38,661 nucleotides of DNA from an uncultured Campylobacter sp. (GTDB lineage: Bacteria > Campylobacterota > Campylobacteria > Campylobacterales > Campylobacteraceae). The stretch spans positions 1 to 38,661 of the forward strand of contig NZ_CALKTQ010000174.1 of assembly GCF_937997465.1 (NCBI RefSeq), written 5' to 3'. A program made the translations under genes and the position numbers. Shown in pieces: positions 26,440-38,204 of this stretch (its first letter is position 1; each line of letters starts with the position of its first letter). The notes under the pieces were generated by a model. The model saw nothing but the letters and a program-made list of their open reading frames with translations. It was not told the origin of the DNA and ran no database searches.

Positions 26440-28899
26440 ATGAAGCGGATTTTTAAATTTATCGTCAACTTTCCAAAGAGCGCTATCGCAGGCGTACTGA
26501 CCGCGACGCTCTTTTTTGGATATTTCAGCGGCAAGCTCGAGGTGGACGCGTCTACCGAGACACTGCTACTTGAAAACGATAAAGACTTAGCCGTCTTTAG
26601 GGACGTTTTTAAACGTTACGTTAGCCCTAACTACCTAGTCATCGCCTATACGCCAAAAGACGATCTGCTCGCGCCCTCTACGCTTAAAAAGATAGAAAAT
26701 TTAAGCCGCGAACTAGAAAAAAACGAGCTTGTATCAAGCGTCATTTCTATATTAAACATCCCGCTGCTTCAAAGCGGAACTAACGATCTTAGCGAGCTAG
26801 TTAAGCACGTACCAAGCCTTGTCGATGCCGATATAAACAAAACCTTGGTGCGACGCGAGTTTGTGGATAGTCCGCTATATACGAACAACCTCGTTAGCCG
26901 CGACCTAAAAACTACGGCGATCGTGCTAAATTTAAAGACCGACGAGAAATATCAAAGCATACTAAACGAGCGAAACGCCCTGCTAAACGCCAAGATTGAC
27001 GGCAACATCACCAGCGAGCAAAAACAGCGCCTAAGCGCCGTAAATGCGCAGTTTAAGGCTCACCGCGACGAAGCGCGTATAAAAGAGCACGCCGCGATCG
27101 AGCAGATACGCGAGACGATAGCGAAATTTGGCGGCGGCGAAAGCCTATTTTTAGGCGGGGCAAATATGATCGCGGATGATATGGTGAGCTTCGTGCGCTC
27201 GGATCTTGCAACCTACGGCATCAGCGTGACTCTGCTTTTGGTCTTTTGCCTTTGGCTGTTTTTTAGGCAGATTCGCTACATCGTTATGCCGATTTTTATC
27301 TGCGTGATTAGCGTTATTTGGGCGAGCGGGTTGTTTGGGTTTTTCGGCTGGGAGATCACGGTGATTAGCTCAAACTACATCGCTCTTCAGCTCATCATCA
27401 CTATCTCCGTCGTCATACACCTGATCGTGAGCTACCGCGAGTTTTGCATCACAAAGCCGCATCTTAGCAACCGTCAACTAGTCTATCTCACGTTGCGCGA
27501 TAAGGCCAGTCCGTCGTTTTTTGCGATATTTACGACCGTTATCGGCTTTTTGTCGCTTGCGCTTTCTGATATCAAACCGATCATAATGCTAGGTATCATG
27601 ATGAGTGTGTCGATCTCTATCTCGCTGGTGCTTGCGTTTTTGCTATTTGGCTCCGCGACGGCGCTGATGCCAAAGCTCGCTCCCGTTAGGACGTTTGAGG
27701 ATAAATTTAGCTTTACCAAGCACTGCGCCACATTTGCGCTAAATCACAGCCGCGCTGTTTATGCTATTAGCCTTGCGGTGCTTATTTTCGGGCTTTACGG
27801 TATCTCAAAGCTAAAAGTCGAAAACAGCTTTATAAGCTATTTTAAAGATACGACCGAAATCCACAAGGGCATGCAGGTGATCGATACGAAGCTAGGCGGC
27901 ACGGTGCCGGTCGATATATTGATCAAATTTAACAAGCCCAAATTTAACGAAAAAGCGGCCAAAAACGAGCCTAAAGACGAATTTGACGACGAATTTGCCG
28001 CTAGCGCGAAAGAGGATAAATACTGGTTTAATCAGCATAAAATCGACGTCGCGAAAAAGGTGCACAACTATCTAGAAAATAAGCGCTTTATCGGGCAAGC
28101 GAGCAGCCTAAACACGGTCGTAAAGATCGTCGAGCGCATCACGCAAAAGCCCGCCGACGGCCTCATGCTCTCGATCCTATACGAACAGATCCCGCAAAAG
28201 TACAAAGACATAATCCTAAGCCCCTACGTAAGCATAAAAGATAACGAGCTGCGCTTTACCGCGCGAACTCTTGATAGCGACGACGCGCTACGTAGGGACG
28301 AGTTTTTGCGCGAGCTTAGAACCGATATCGCAAATTTGATAGCAAACGACAACGCAAGCGTGCAAGTTAGCGGCGCGATGGTGCTTTATAACAACCTCCT
28401 TCAAAGCCTCATCGCCTCGCAAGTCGATTCTTTTGGTTTTGTTATCTTGTCGCTTTTTATCGTTTTTTGTATTATTTTTAAAAGCATAAAGCTCGCCGCC
28501 ATCGCCATCACGTCAAATTTAATCCCGCTTTGCGCGGTGTTTGGCGTCATGGGCGTGCTGGGCATTCCGCTTGATATCATGAGTATTACGATAGCAGCTA
28601 TCAGCATAGGCATCGGCGTGGACGACATCATCCACTACATCCACCGCCTAAAAATCGAGCTTCGCAGCAAAAACGTCGCCGAGTCGATCAAGGCCTCGCA
28701 CGCCAGTATCGGCTACGCGATGTACTACACCTCGTTTGCGATCATCCTGGGTTTTAGCATCATGGTAACGAGCAACTTTATCCCGACGATATATTTCGGA
28801 CTTCTGACCGATCTTGTTATGATAATGATGTTGTTGGGGGCGCTAGTATTGCTGCCAACCTTAATCAAAACCTTTTACCGGGCTAGGATCCCCCGCTGA
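26440..28899 (+). CDS. MMPL/RND family transporter
   Basis: Two repeats of a periplasmic loop plus TM bundle; TTVIGF, GIGVDDIIH; follows mlaA-mlaC. Confidence 0.9.
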   Translation: MKRIFKFIVNFPKSAIAGVLTATLFFGYFSGKLEVDASTETLLLENDKDLAVFRDVFKRYVSPNYLVIAYTPKDDLLAPSTLKKIENLSRELEKNELVSSVISILNIPLLQSGTNDLSELVKHVPSLVDADINKTLVRREFVDSPLYTNNLVSRDLKTTAIVLNLKTDEKYQSILNERNALLNAKIDGNITSEQKQRLSAVNAQFKAHRDEARIKEHAAIEQIRETIAKFGGGESLFLGGANMIADDMVSFVRSDLATYGISVTLLLVFCLWLFFRQIRYIVMPIFICVISVIWASGLFGFFGWEITVISSNYIALQLIITISVVIHLIVSYREFCITKPHLSNRQLVYLTLRDKASPSFFAIFTTVIGFLSLALSDIKPIIMLGIMMSVSISISLVLAFLLFGSATALMPKLAPVRTFEDKFSFTKHCATFALNHSRAVYAISLAVLIFGLYGISKLKVENSFISYFKDTTEIHKGMQVIDTKLGGTVPVDILIKFNKPKFNEKAAKNEPKDEFDDEFAASAKEDKYWFNQHKIDVAKKVHNYLENKRFIGQASSLNTVVKIVERITQKPADGLMLSILYEQIPQKYKDIILSPYVSIKDNELRFTARTLDSDDALRRDEFLRELRTDIANLIANDNASVQVSGAMVLYNNLLQSLIASQVDSFGFVILSLFIVFCIIFKSIKLAAIAITSNLIPLCAVFGVMGVLGIPLDIMSITIAAISIGIGVDDIIHYIHRLKIELRSKNVAESIKASHASIGYAMYYTSFAIILGFSIMVTSNFIPTIYFGLLTDLVMIMMLLGALVLLPTLIKTFYRARIPR

Positions 28900-29025
28900 T
28901 TCCCCATAAACGACGGATTTCAAAAGTAGTTTTTGATTAAGGCGCTCGGTCACATACCATATGTATGCTCTCGTCACGCCTAATCAAAAACTATTTAAAC
29001 TACGCCTATTCTGTCTGGAATGTTT
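28897..29025. repeat. Dispersed ~128-nt palindromic element, copy 3 (variant core)
   Basis: Same outer arms (TGATTCCCCATAAACGACGGATTTCAA ... AAACTACGCCTATTCTGTCTGGAAT) but a different inner stem, TAGTTTTTGATTA/TAATCAAAAACTA. First TGA is the MMPL stop. Confidence 0.88.
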
Positions 29026-29133
29026 GTCTCTTGTCCTGGTAAATTTGCAAATTTGGCTTCTTAAATTTAGAACGTGCGGTGTGTGCCTTGGAGGATAAAA
29101 TCTTTAAATTTAACTCAAATTTGAAGGGAAAAA

Positions 29134-29742
29134 CTACTCTTTCATAACCTTAAGAAAAGAGTAAACATCCCGCACGCCTTCGATGTGTTTGGCATACCAG
29201 ATCGCGTGTTTTTCCTGCTCGATATCGGTGATGATGCCGGTAAATACGACGTTGCATTGCACTACGCTTACTCTCACGCTTGTGCCACTGATTATGCTGT
29301 CTTTAAAAAAATTATTTTTTAAATTTAACATTATGGCGAGGTTACTTTCACATTCGCCGCCGTCGCTAGGGAATCTAATATACGTATAAATTTTACTCAC
29401 GCCGTCGGTGTTTTTGGCTAGTTCTACGAGTTTAGTTTTGTGCTCGGCGTCAGGCACCACGCCGATGAGATACACGTCTCCATAAAAACTCTCGACGTCA
29501 ACGTTTAGGTTGCTAAGCCCGCTTGAGGCTAAAATTTTAGTCTGGATTTTTGTTTTTATAAATTTATCTTTCGTTATCGAATAAATACCGCGCTCGTCTT
29601 TACTGATCTGGTAGGCGTCGTAGACGTTTATGCCAGTTAGCGGCGTCACGGTCGTAAAGAGCTCAAGACAACCGCCGAGGAAAAAAATCGGCGAAAAAAT
29701 GAGAAGGTTTTTTAAAAAAAATCGCGCAAATAGCTTTTTCAT
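29134..29742 (-). CDS. Dual BON-domain lipoprotein
   Basis: LGGC lipobox; VYLIGVV...DGVSKI and VVFTGI...EGVRDV BON repeats. Confidence 0.85.
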   Translation of the reverse strand: MKKLFARFFLKNLLIFSPIFFLGGCLELFTTVTPLTGINVYDAYQISKDERGIYSITKDKFIKTKIQTKILASSGLSNLNVDVESFYGDVYLIGVVPDAEHKTKLVELAKNTDGVSKIYTYIRFPSDGGECESNLAIMLNLKNNFFKDSIISGTSVRVSVVQCNVVFTGIITDIEQEKHAIWYAKHIEGVRDVYSFLKVMKE

Positions 29743-29806
29743 CGCCGACCCATAAAATTTTCTCCAAATACTATAGAAATCAAACTAAAATTTATATAAA
29801 TTTAGT

Positions 29807-29812
29807 TATAAT
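29807..29812 (+). promoter_or_regulatory. Putative -10 box of selC
   Basis: TATAAT 22 nt upstream of the predicted mature tRNA 5' end. Confidence 0.55.
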
Positions 29813-29834
29813 CGCGCTCATCATCTAAAGACGC

Positions 29835-29932
29835 GGAGGATAAAGCGATCTGGTGGCGCTCGCGGACTTCAAATCCGATGGCGGGGCGGTTGACCGCTTC
29901 GCGGGGAGTTCGATTCTCTCATCCTCTCGCCA
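29835..29932 (+). tRNA. selC: tRNA-Sec (anticodon UCA)
   Basis: CGGA-CTTCAAA-TCCG anticodon arm (TCA at 29869-29871), long variable arm GCGGGGCGGT/ACCGCTTCGC, T-arm GGGAG-TTCGATT-CTCTC, 3' GCCA. Confidence 0.96.
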
Positions 29933-30014
29933 AACTTCTAAATTTATTATCTTAAAACAAGCAAAATTCAGCTACAATAAGCCGTTTATATTAAATTAAT
30001 TTAAGGTTTTTCTT

Positions 30015-32263
30015 TTGGCTAGTTCATCCGCCTCCAAATTTTCTCTCGCACGCGCCGTTTTGGGCAAGATATACGTGGTGCTTTTTGCTACCGCCGTATT
30101 TCTGATATGCGCCGCTAGCTTTGGGTTAAATTTAAAATTTGAAGGCGTAAAAGAGGATATTTACGCTGCAAATTCTAACTTTAAAACTTTCATCAAAGAA
30201 CGCGCCATAAATATAGATAACGAACTTAAACTTATCGAAAGATATATTGAAGCACCCGATTTTGACTCAAAGGCGATCTTTGACTTTGCCGTAAAAAACA
30301 ATAACGAATACATGGCCTTTTTTATCGTAAACGAACGCGGCGAGATAGAGTTTGTCAGCGATGAAAAATTACGCGATACGTACTCTGCGTTTTTCCTCTC
30401 AAAGCCTTGGGAAAACGAGCCTGAGGATAAAATTTTAAGATCTGATTTTATGTTTGATAAAAGCGACGTACCGACAAGACTCGCCGCAAAAAAGATGAAA
30501 AACGGCAAAATCTTAGCAACCCTCATACGCTTTACGGCGATTTACGAGGAGTTTGCGCGCGGATACGAGAGGATCGGCGTAAATTCGTTTGCGATAGATA
30601 AAAGCGGTAGGATCGTATTTCACCAAGACCCCGAGCTGGTTTTAGAGCGCAAAAACATCTTTGATCTTTACGACGTGAGTGCGGACTACCTAAACAGCGA
30701 CGAAGTAAAATTTGCAAATTTAGGCTCGCTAAACAGCGAAATTTATTATATTCAAAGTATCCCGAGGATCGGTTTGGCCGTGGTTTCAAGCTATCCTGTG
30801 GATAAATTTATAAAAGAAAATTTACTATTCTTGCTAATCTGCGTCGCGTTTTTGGCCGCGGGCGGATTTTTTACCTTTTCTTACACCAAATTTGTCAAAA
30901 ACTCGGTCATAAAGCCCGTTTTATCTATCAAAAATTTAGTCGCAAAAGCCGGCGACGGCGAGGAGATCAAGACCTACGCAAAATTTGGCTCGGTAGAAGA
31001 ATTTGATCAAATCTCGGACGAGATCGTCAAATTTTACGGAGATTTCGGCGAGAAAAAGGCGAAATTTGAAGAGTACTCGCACAAATTTGGATTTTTGTTT
31101 GAAAAAGGACCTTTTATCTTGCTGTTAATCGACGCAAAAAGCGGCAAGATCGTCGAAGCAAGCGCGAGGGCGTGCGAGTTTTACGGACTTAGCGAGGAAG
31201 CGATAAAAAGCAAAAATTTAGCCAAGCTAAATGCGTCAAATTTGACCGATATGAAAACGCTACAAGAAGACGAAGGCGAAATTTACGAAACGAACCATTT
31301 TGCTGCGGGCGGCGAGATAAAGCAGGTGCGCATCTACAAGCAAAACTACGAGTTACCCGGCGGCGAAAAGATCGGCTTTTGCGTCGTAAAAGACGTTACG
31401 AAGAGCAATACTTTAAAGAAAAACGCACAAAAACAAAGCGAGATAGACGCGCACTCGCCGCTGTTTAGCGTAGTTTGGAAGGACCGCTTTATAGGCGATA
31501 TATCAAGCGTTTCGGACAATATCGAGCGCGCATTGGGCTACAAAAAAAGCGAAATACTCTCAAACGAATTTGAGTTTAAAAACATCATCCATCCAGATGA
31601 CCGAGATAGGCTCGCGAACGAATTTAACATCAAATTTAGCTTATTTAACGCGGCTTCGCTCAAAAAAGAGAACGAGTCGCTGCAGTCTTGTAGGCTGATA
31701 AGGAAAAATCTAGAGGTCATAAACTGCAGCGTATTTATCAAATTTATCTCAAAAGACGGCAGAACCGTGGATGAGGTGATCGGATACTTTATCGAGAGCA
31801 AGCTGGCGGCAAATTTGACCACAAAAACCGGCATGGAGATAACGCGACTAAACGATAGCAAAGAGTACGCATATAAAAATACCATTTTAAGCCTATTTGC
31901 AAACGCGCAAGAAGCCGTCGCCGTAGTCGGGTTAGACGGCGTATTTTTAGACGCTAACGAAACCTTTTGCAAGATAAGCGGCTATTCCAAAGAAGAAGCC
32001 ATCGGCAAGCCGTCGAATTTACTAAAATCAGGCGTGCATGATGATAATTTTTACGAACACATGTGGAAGAGGTTGTTGAAAAAAGGCTTTTATAGCGGCG
32101 AAATTTATAATAAGCGTAAAAGTGGCGAAATTTATCTCGAGCAGCTTAGTATCGCGACCGTTTATAGCGGCTCAAAGCCTAGCTACTTCGTAGCTGCGTT
32201 TCACGAGTTGCCGTGGGTAGAGCCTGAGATAAAACAGAATGAATCAAAAGCAAAGGAGCAAGA

Positions 32264-32267
<4 letters not shown>
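30015..32267 (+). CDS. Membrane sensor with Cache-like periplasmic domain and about three PAS domains, no visible output domain
   Basis: Two TM helices, IDKSGRIVFHQD Cache motif, PAS motifs (ASARACEFYG; IIHPDDR; ANETFCKISGYSKEEAIGK); ends about 20 aa after the last PAS. Confidence 0.8.
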
Positions 32268-34380
<2,113 letters not shown>

Positions 34381-34381
34381 G

Positions 34382-34810
34382 ATGAAAAGCAAATTTACGC
34401 AAATCGTAAATATAAAAAAGCGAAATTTAGACAAAATCGAGCTAAATTTGGCAAGAACCAGAAACGAGGCGGCGATGATAGAGGGCTTCATAGCGCAGGC
34501 CGCCGAGCAAATTGCAAAATTTGAAATGCCCTCTAGCGGCTCTGCGGCCGATCTGCGCGGATCGCTGGAGCTTCTGGGCGCGATGCGGCGAGAAAAAAGT
34601 CTGCTAACCGAGCGGCTCGAGCTAATGAAAAAAAACATCGCGCACCTCGAGCGGCAGTACAAGGCGGCTAATCTAGAGTACGAAAAGGTGAAATACCTGC
34701 AAACGCAGGACTTTAGCGCGCAAATAGAAAAGATAAAAAAGGCCGAAGCTACGGCTCTGGACGAGTTTGCGACGATGAATTTTACTAGGAAAAAAGAGGC
34801 GAAAGCTTGA
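34382..34810 (+). CDS. fliJ: Flagellar export protein FliJ-like
   Basis: 142-aa coiled coil, EYEKVKYL...E...LDE pattern; position after purA as recalled for Campylobacter. Confidence 0.75.
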   Translation: MKSKFTQIVNIKKRNLDKIELNLARTRNEAAMIEGFIAQAAEQIAKFEMPSSGSAADLRGSLELLGAMRREKSLLTERLELMKKNIAHLERQYKAANLEYEKVKYLQTQDFSAQIEKIKKAEATALDEFATMNFTRKKEAKA

Positions 34811-35436
34811 AAAAAATTTTGATTTTACTAACTTTAAATTTATGCGTTTGGGGTGCAAACGACGTAAACGCTCAAAGCGCGAGCCAAAGCGGCTTTAAGA
34901 TCCCAGTGGACTGCGTTTCGATATTTGAAACTAGAAAAGACGAGCTAAAAAGAGAGCTTGCCAAAATAGACGAAGCAAGGCAGAGTTTGGAGGCTTTTCG
35001 GGCGAGTTCGGCGGCGCTTTTTGAGGAGCGAAACGCCAAGCTAGCCGTCAAAGAGGCCGAGATAAACGCAACTCTAGCTCGCGCGCAAGAGGAAAAAAAG
35101 CAGACCGAGCAGCTGATAAAGAAAAACGAGGAAATCGTAAAAGAGCTAAGAACGATGACTAGCGACAAGGTCGGCGAGACCTACGGCAAGATGAAAGACC
35201 AAGCTGCCGCCGACGTGCTAAGCGCGATGGATAGGACGGACGCGGCTAGCATTATGTACTCGTTAAGCCCTAAAAAAATCTCCGCGATAATGGCAAAAAT
35301 GGAGCCTACCGCAGCGTCTGAAATCACGCTTTTAATCAAACAAGGCCCGCCATTTATAAAAGCCGAAAAAAACGTAACGCAGGAAGTCTCACCGACTTCG
35401 CCCGACGGCCCGGCGGGAAATCTGCTAAATTTGTAA
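34807..35436 (+). CDS. MotE-like periplasmic protein (coiled coil plus MgtE-N-like repeats)
   Basis: Signal peptide, coiled coil, YGKMKDQAAADVL...MAKMEPTAASEIT; follows fliJ. Confidence 0.75.
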   Translation: MKKILILLTLNLCVWGANDVNAQSASQSGFKIPVDCVSIFETRKDELKRELAKIDEARQSLEAFRASSAALFEERNAKLAVKEAEINATLARAQEEKKQTEQLIKKNEEIVKELRTMTSDKVGETYGKMKDQAAADVLSAMDRTDAASIMYSLSPKKISAIMAKMEPTAASEITLLIKQGPPFIKAEKNVTQEVSPTSPDGPAGNLLNL

Positions 35437-35759
35437 ATTTGGGCTATAGCGCTCTAAATTTAGCTTGGCTCGCGTCTAAATTTGAGCTCAAATTTGCGCG
35501 GGTAATGCGAAAGCTAAATTTGCCTTTGGCGGTAAAATTTGACTCCAAAGGCTAAATTTTATTGCCGTCAAATTTAACGCTAAAACCTAAATTTAACTAA
35601 CACCCAGTCTTAAAAAAGCCAAAAATACTTTAATCCGAGCGTCAAATTTTGCTTCAAATTTTACCAAAAACAAACGCTTGCCAAAACAAAAACTCCGTGA
35701 GATTTTAGGTATTTCTTACCAAATTTTGGTTAAAATCAAGTCCAAAAAGAGAGGTAAAA

Positions 35760-36311
35760 ATGCGTATAAAACTCCCACACACACCCTACATCGCGCACAA
35801 AATCGCTATTGATTTATTAAAGTCCGGATTCGTAAATTTAACGCGCGGAGTAGAGCCCGTAGCGGCATGCGCGAAAGAAATTTTAGATAACGATTTGCAA
35901 AAAGAAAAGGCTCTTGAAGAGCGCGTAAACGAGGTGCTCGCCGAGAACGAAGACGATATGGAGAGCATGCAAGTTGATAGAAAAAATATGTTTTGGCTTG
36001 TAAAAAAGAAGCTAGCTAAAGAGTACGGCGTGATACTTACGTACGAAGACCGCTTTAGCAACGTCGCCCACCTAGTGCTTGAGGGCGCTTGGAAAAAGGG
36101 GCTCATCGACTACACGGTTTCCGAAAATCGTATCAAAAACATCATCTATGGCTCGATCGAAGAGTATATAAAAACGTATGAAATTTTACAAGACGTGGTC
36201 ATCGACAAGATCGACGGCTACAAGCGCAAATTAATCCCGGGCACCGAGGAGTACGACATCGTATTTGAGCGGCTCTACGAGGACGAACTAAGAAAACGAG
36301 GCATGCTGTGA
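35760..36311 (+). CDS. DUF507 family protein
   Basis: MRIKLPH, MFWLVKKKLA, YKRKLIPGTEEY...YEDELRKRG. Confidence 0.85.
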   Translation: MRIKLPHTPYIAHKIAIDLLKSGFVNLTRGVEPVAACAKEILDNDLQKEKALEERVNEVLAENEDDMESMQVDRKNMFWLVKKKLAKEYGVILTYEDRFSNVAHLVLEGAWKKGLIDYTVSENRIKNIIYGSIEEYIKTYEILQDVVIDKIDGYKRKLIPGTEEYDIVFERLYEDELRKRGML

Positions 36312-37426
36312 GAGCTTATATCTACCTTGAAAACGGCGTTTTTTTACAGGCGAAGGCCTTTGGTGCGAGCGGTACAGCTAGTGGCGAAATGGTCTTTAAC
36401 ACGAGCCTAACGGGCTATCAAGAGATCATGAGCGATCCTAGTTACGCTGGGCAGTTTATCGTTTTTACCATGCCTGAGATCGGTATAGTGGGCGTAAACG
36501 AAGACGATATGGAGAGCGCGAAAATCCACGCTAGCGGCGTTTTGATGAGGGATTTTAACGCTACTACGTCAAATTTCCGCTCGCAAAAAAGCTTGGAAGA
36601 GTTTTTCAAAGAGCAAGGCAAATTTGGCGTTTACGATATCGACACTAGATTTTTAACCAAGATGTTGCGTGATAATGGTGCGCTACACGCGGTGATCTCG
36701 ACTGAAATTTCAGACGAAAAAGAGTTAAAAAAACTGCTCGAAAACTCGCCTAGAATTTCAGAGATAAACTACGTCGCAAAGGTGAGCACAGAGCAAATTT
36801 ACGCTCACGAAAAGGGTGGCTGGGATCACGCTAGCAAAGCCTACGCTCCGCTAAAATCAAACGGCAAAAAGATCGCCGTCATCGACTACGGCGTGAAGCG
36901 AAACATCCTAAACGAGCTTTGCGAAATGGGCCTTGAGACGCAAATTTACCCGCACGACGTGCAAGCAGATGAGCTCATCGCTAAATTTAAAAGCGGCGAG
37001 ATAAACGGCGTGTTTCTCTCAAACGGCCCCGGCGAGCCAAAGGCCCTAAAAAACGAGATCGCGCAGATAAAAAAGCTTATCGAGGCTCGAGTGCCGATTT
37101 TTGGCATTTGCCTCGGACATCAGCTGCTTAGCAACGCATTTGGCTTTGAGACGTACAAGCTAAAATTCGGTCAGCACGGCGCAAATCACCCGGTTTTAAA
37201 TTTGCAAACCAAAGCAGTCGAAATAACGGCGCAAAATCACAACTACAACGTTCCAGAGGAGATCGCGCAGGTTGCCGAGATCACGCACAGAAATCTTTTC
37301 GACGGTACGATCGAGGGCGTGAAGTACAAGGATTATCCCGTATTTTCGGTACAGCATCACCCCGAGGCTAGCGGCGGGCCGAGCGAGAGCAAATATATCT
37401 TTAAACAATTTTTAGAAATTTTATAG
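36308..37426 (+). CDS. carA: Carbamoyl-phosphate synthase small subunit
   Basis: FNTSLTGYQE, SNGPGEP, GICLGHQ, TAQNH, HPE. Confidence 0.98.
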   Translation: MRAYIYLENGVFLQAKAFGASGTASGEMVFNTSLTGYQEIMSDPSYAGQFIVFTMPEIGIVGVNEDDMESAKIHASGVLMRDFNATTSNFRSQKSLEEFFKEQGKFGVYDIDTRFLTKMLRDNGALHAVISTEISDEKELKKLLENSPRISEINYVAKVSTEQIYAHEKGGWDHASKAYAPLKSNGKKIAVIDYGVKRNILNELCEMGLETQIYPHDVQADELIAKFKSGEINGVFLSNGPGEPKALKNEIAQIKKLIEARVPIFGICLGHQLLSNAFGFETYKLKFGQHGANHPVLNLQTKAVEITAQNHNYNVPEEIAQVAEITHRNLFDGTIEGVKYKDYPVFSVQHHPEASGGPSESKYIFKQFLEIL

Positions 37427-37532
37427 TTGCTAGTCGCGGTCAAATTTGAGCTAAATTTAGGGCTAAATTTGCGGGCCGAATTTAGCCCCTGCGTGGCTAA
37501 AATTTACAAATGAAATTTATCGGTCAAATTTG

Positions 37533-38204
37533 ATGAGCGGCGCGGAGTTTGTTGGGGTATTGAGCGTCGCGGCACTTAGCTCGGTAGGCCACTGCGTAGG
37601 CATGTGTGGCGGTTTTGCTATCGTGTTGGCACGGTTTTTGAACGGTAAAGGTAAAATTTTTAGCACCGCGATGATAGCAGGGTACAACCTAGCTCGAATT
37701 TGTGCTTATATGCTACTTGGCTTTATTTTCGGGTCGCTTGGCGGCGTTTTTACGCTATCTCTTGCGGCGCGAGGCTACCTGTTTTTTGCTATCGGCGTTT
37801 TTATGGCGGTTTTGGGCGTCGCGCTCATTAGGCGCGGTGCGGTGTTAAATTTCATCGAGAAAAACGCATTTTTATCCAAAATTTTAAACGAAAAAATGAA
37901 AGCCGCAATCTCTAAAAATAGCGTGCTCGGGTTTTTGACGCTCGGGTTTTTAAACGGGCTACTGCCGTGCGGAGTGGTTTATTATTTTTTAGCTTTAGCC
38001 GTAGCTAGCGGCAGCGGGGCAAAGGGCGCGGCGATCGCGGCTACGTTTGGTGCGGTTAGCTTTTTTGCGATGAGTTTTTACGCGCTGGTTTTAAAGGCAG
38101 TGAGCGAAAAATTTAAAAAACATGCGTTAAATTTAAGCGGCGCGGCGATAATAATTTACGGAATTTATCTATCTTTTATAGGATTTACGGCGAGCAATGG
38201 ATAA
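37533..38204 (+). CDS. Sulfite exporter TauE/SafE (DsbD_2-like) membrane protein
   Basis: GHCVGMCGG, YNLARI, GFLNGLLPCGVVY; alternative TTG start at 37530. Confidence 0.85.
   Translation: MSGAEFVGVLSVAALSSVGHCVGMCGGFAIVLARFLNGKGKIFSTAMIAGYNLARICAYMLLGFIFGSLGGVFTLSLAARGYLFFAIGVFMAVLGVALIRRGAVLNFIEKNAFLSKILNEKMKAAISKNSVLGFLTLGFLNGLLPCGVVYYFLALAVASGSGAKGAAIAATFGAVSFFAMSFYALVLKAVSEKFKKHALNLSGAAIIIYGIYLSFIGFTASNG

Noticed and set aside
25213..27996. Identical CGAATTTGACGACGAATTT (EFDDEF) in mlaA and the MMPL gene
   Set aside because: Short, low-complexity acidic peptide built from the genome's favoured GAATTT; chance is plausible.
4136..29025. Repeats as a CRISPR array or integron attC sites
   Set aside because: Copies are kilobases apart, no cas or integrase gene is present, and there are no clear RYYYAAC/GTTRRRY ends.
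29933..30014. Island integrated at selC
   Set aside because: No integrase and no duplicated tRNA 3' end seen; downstream genes run directly into core hisZ-purA.
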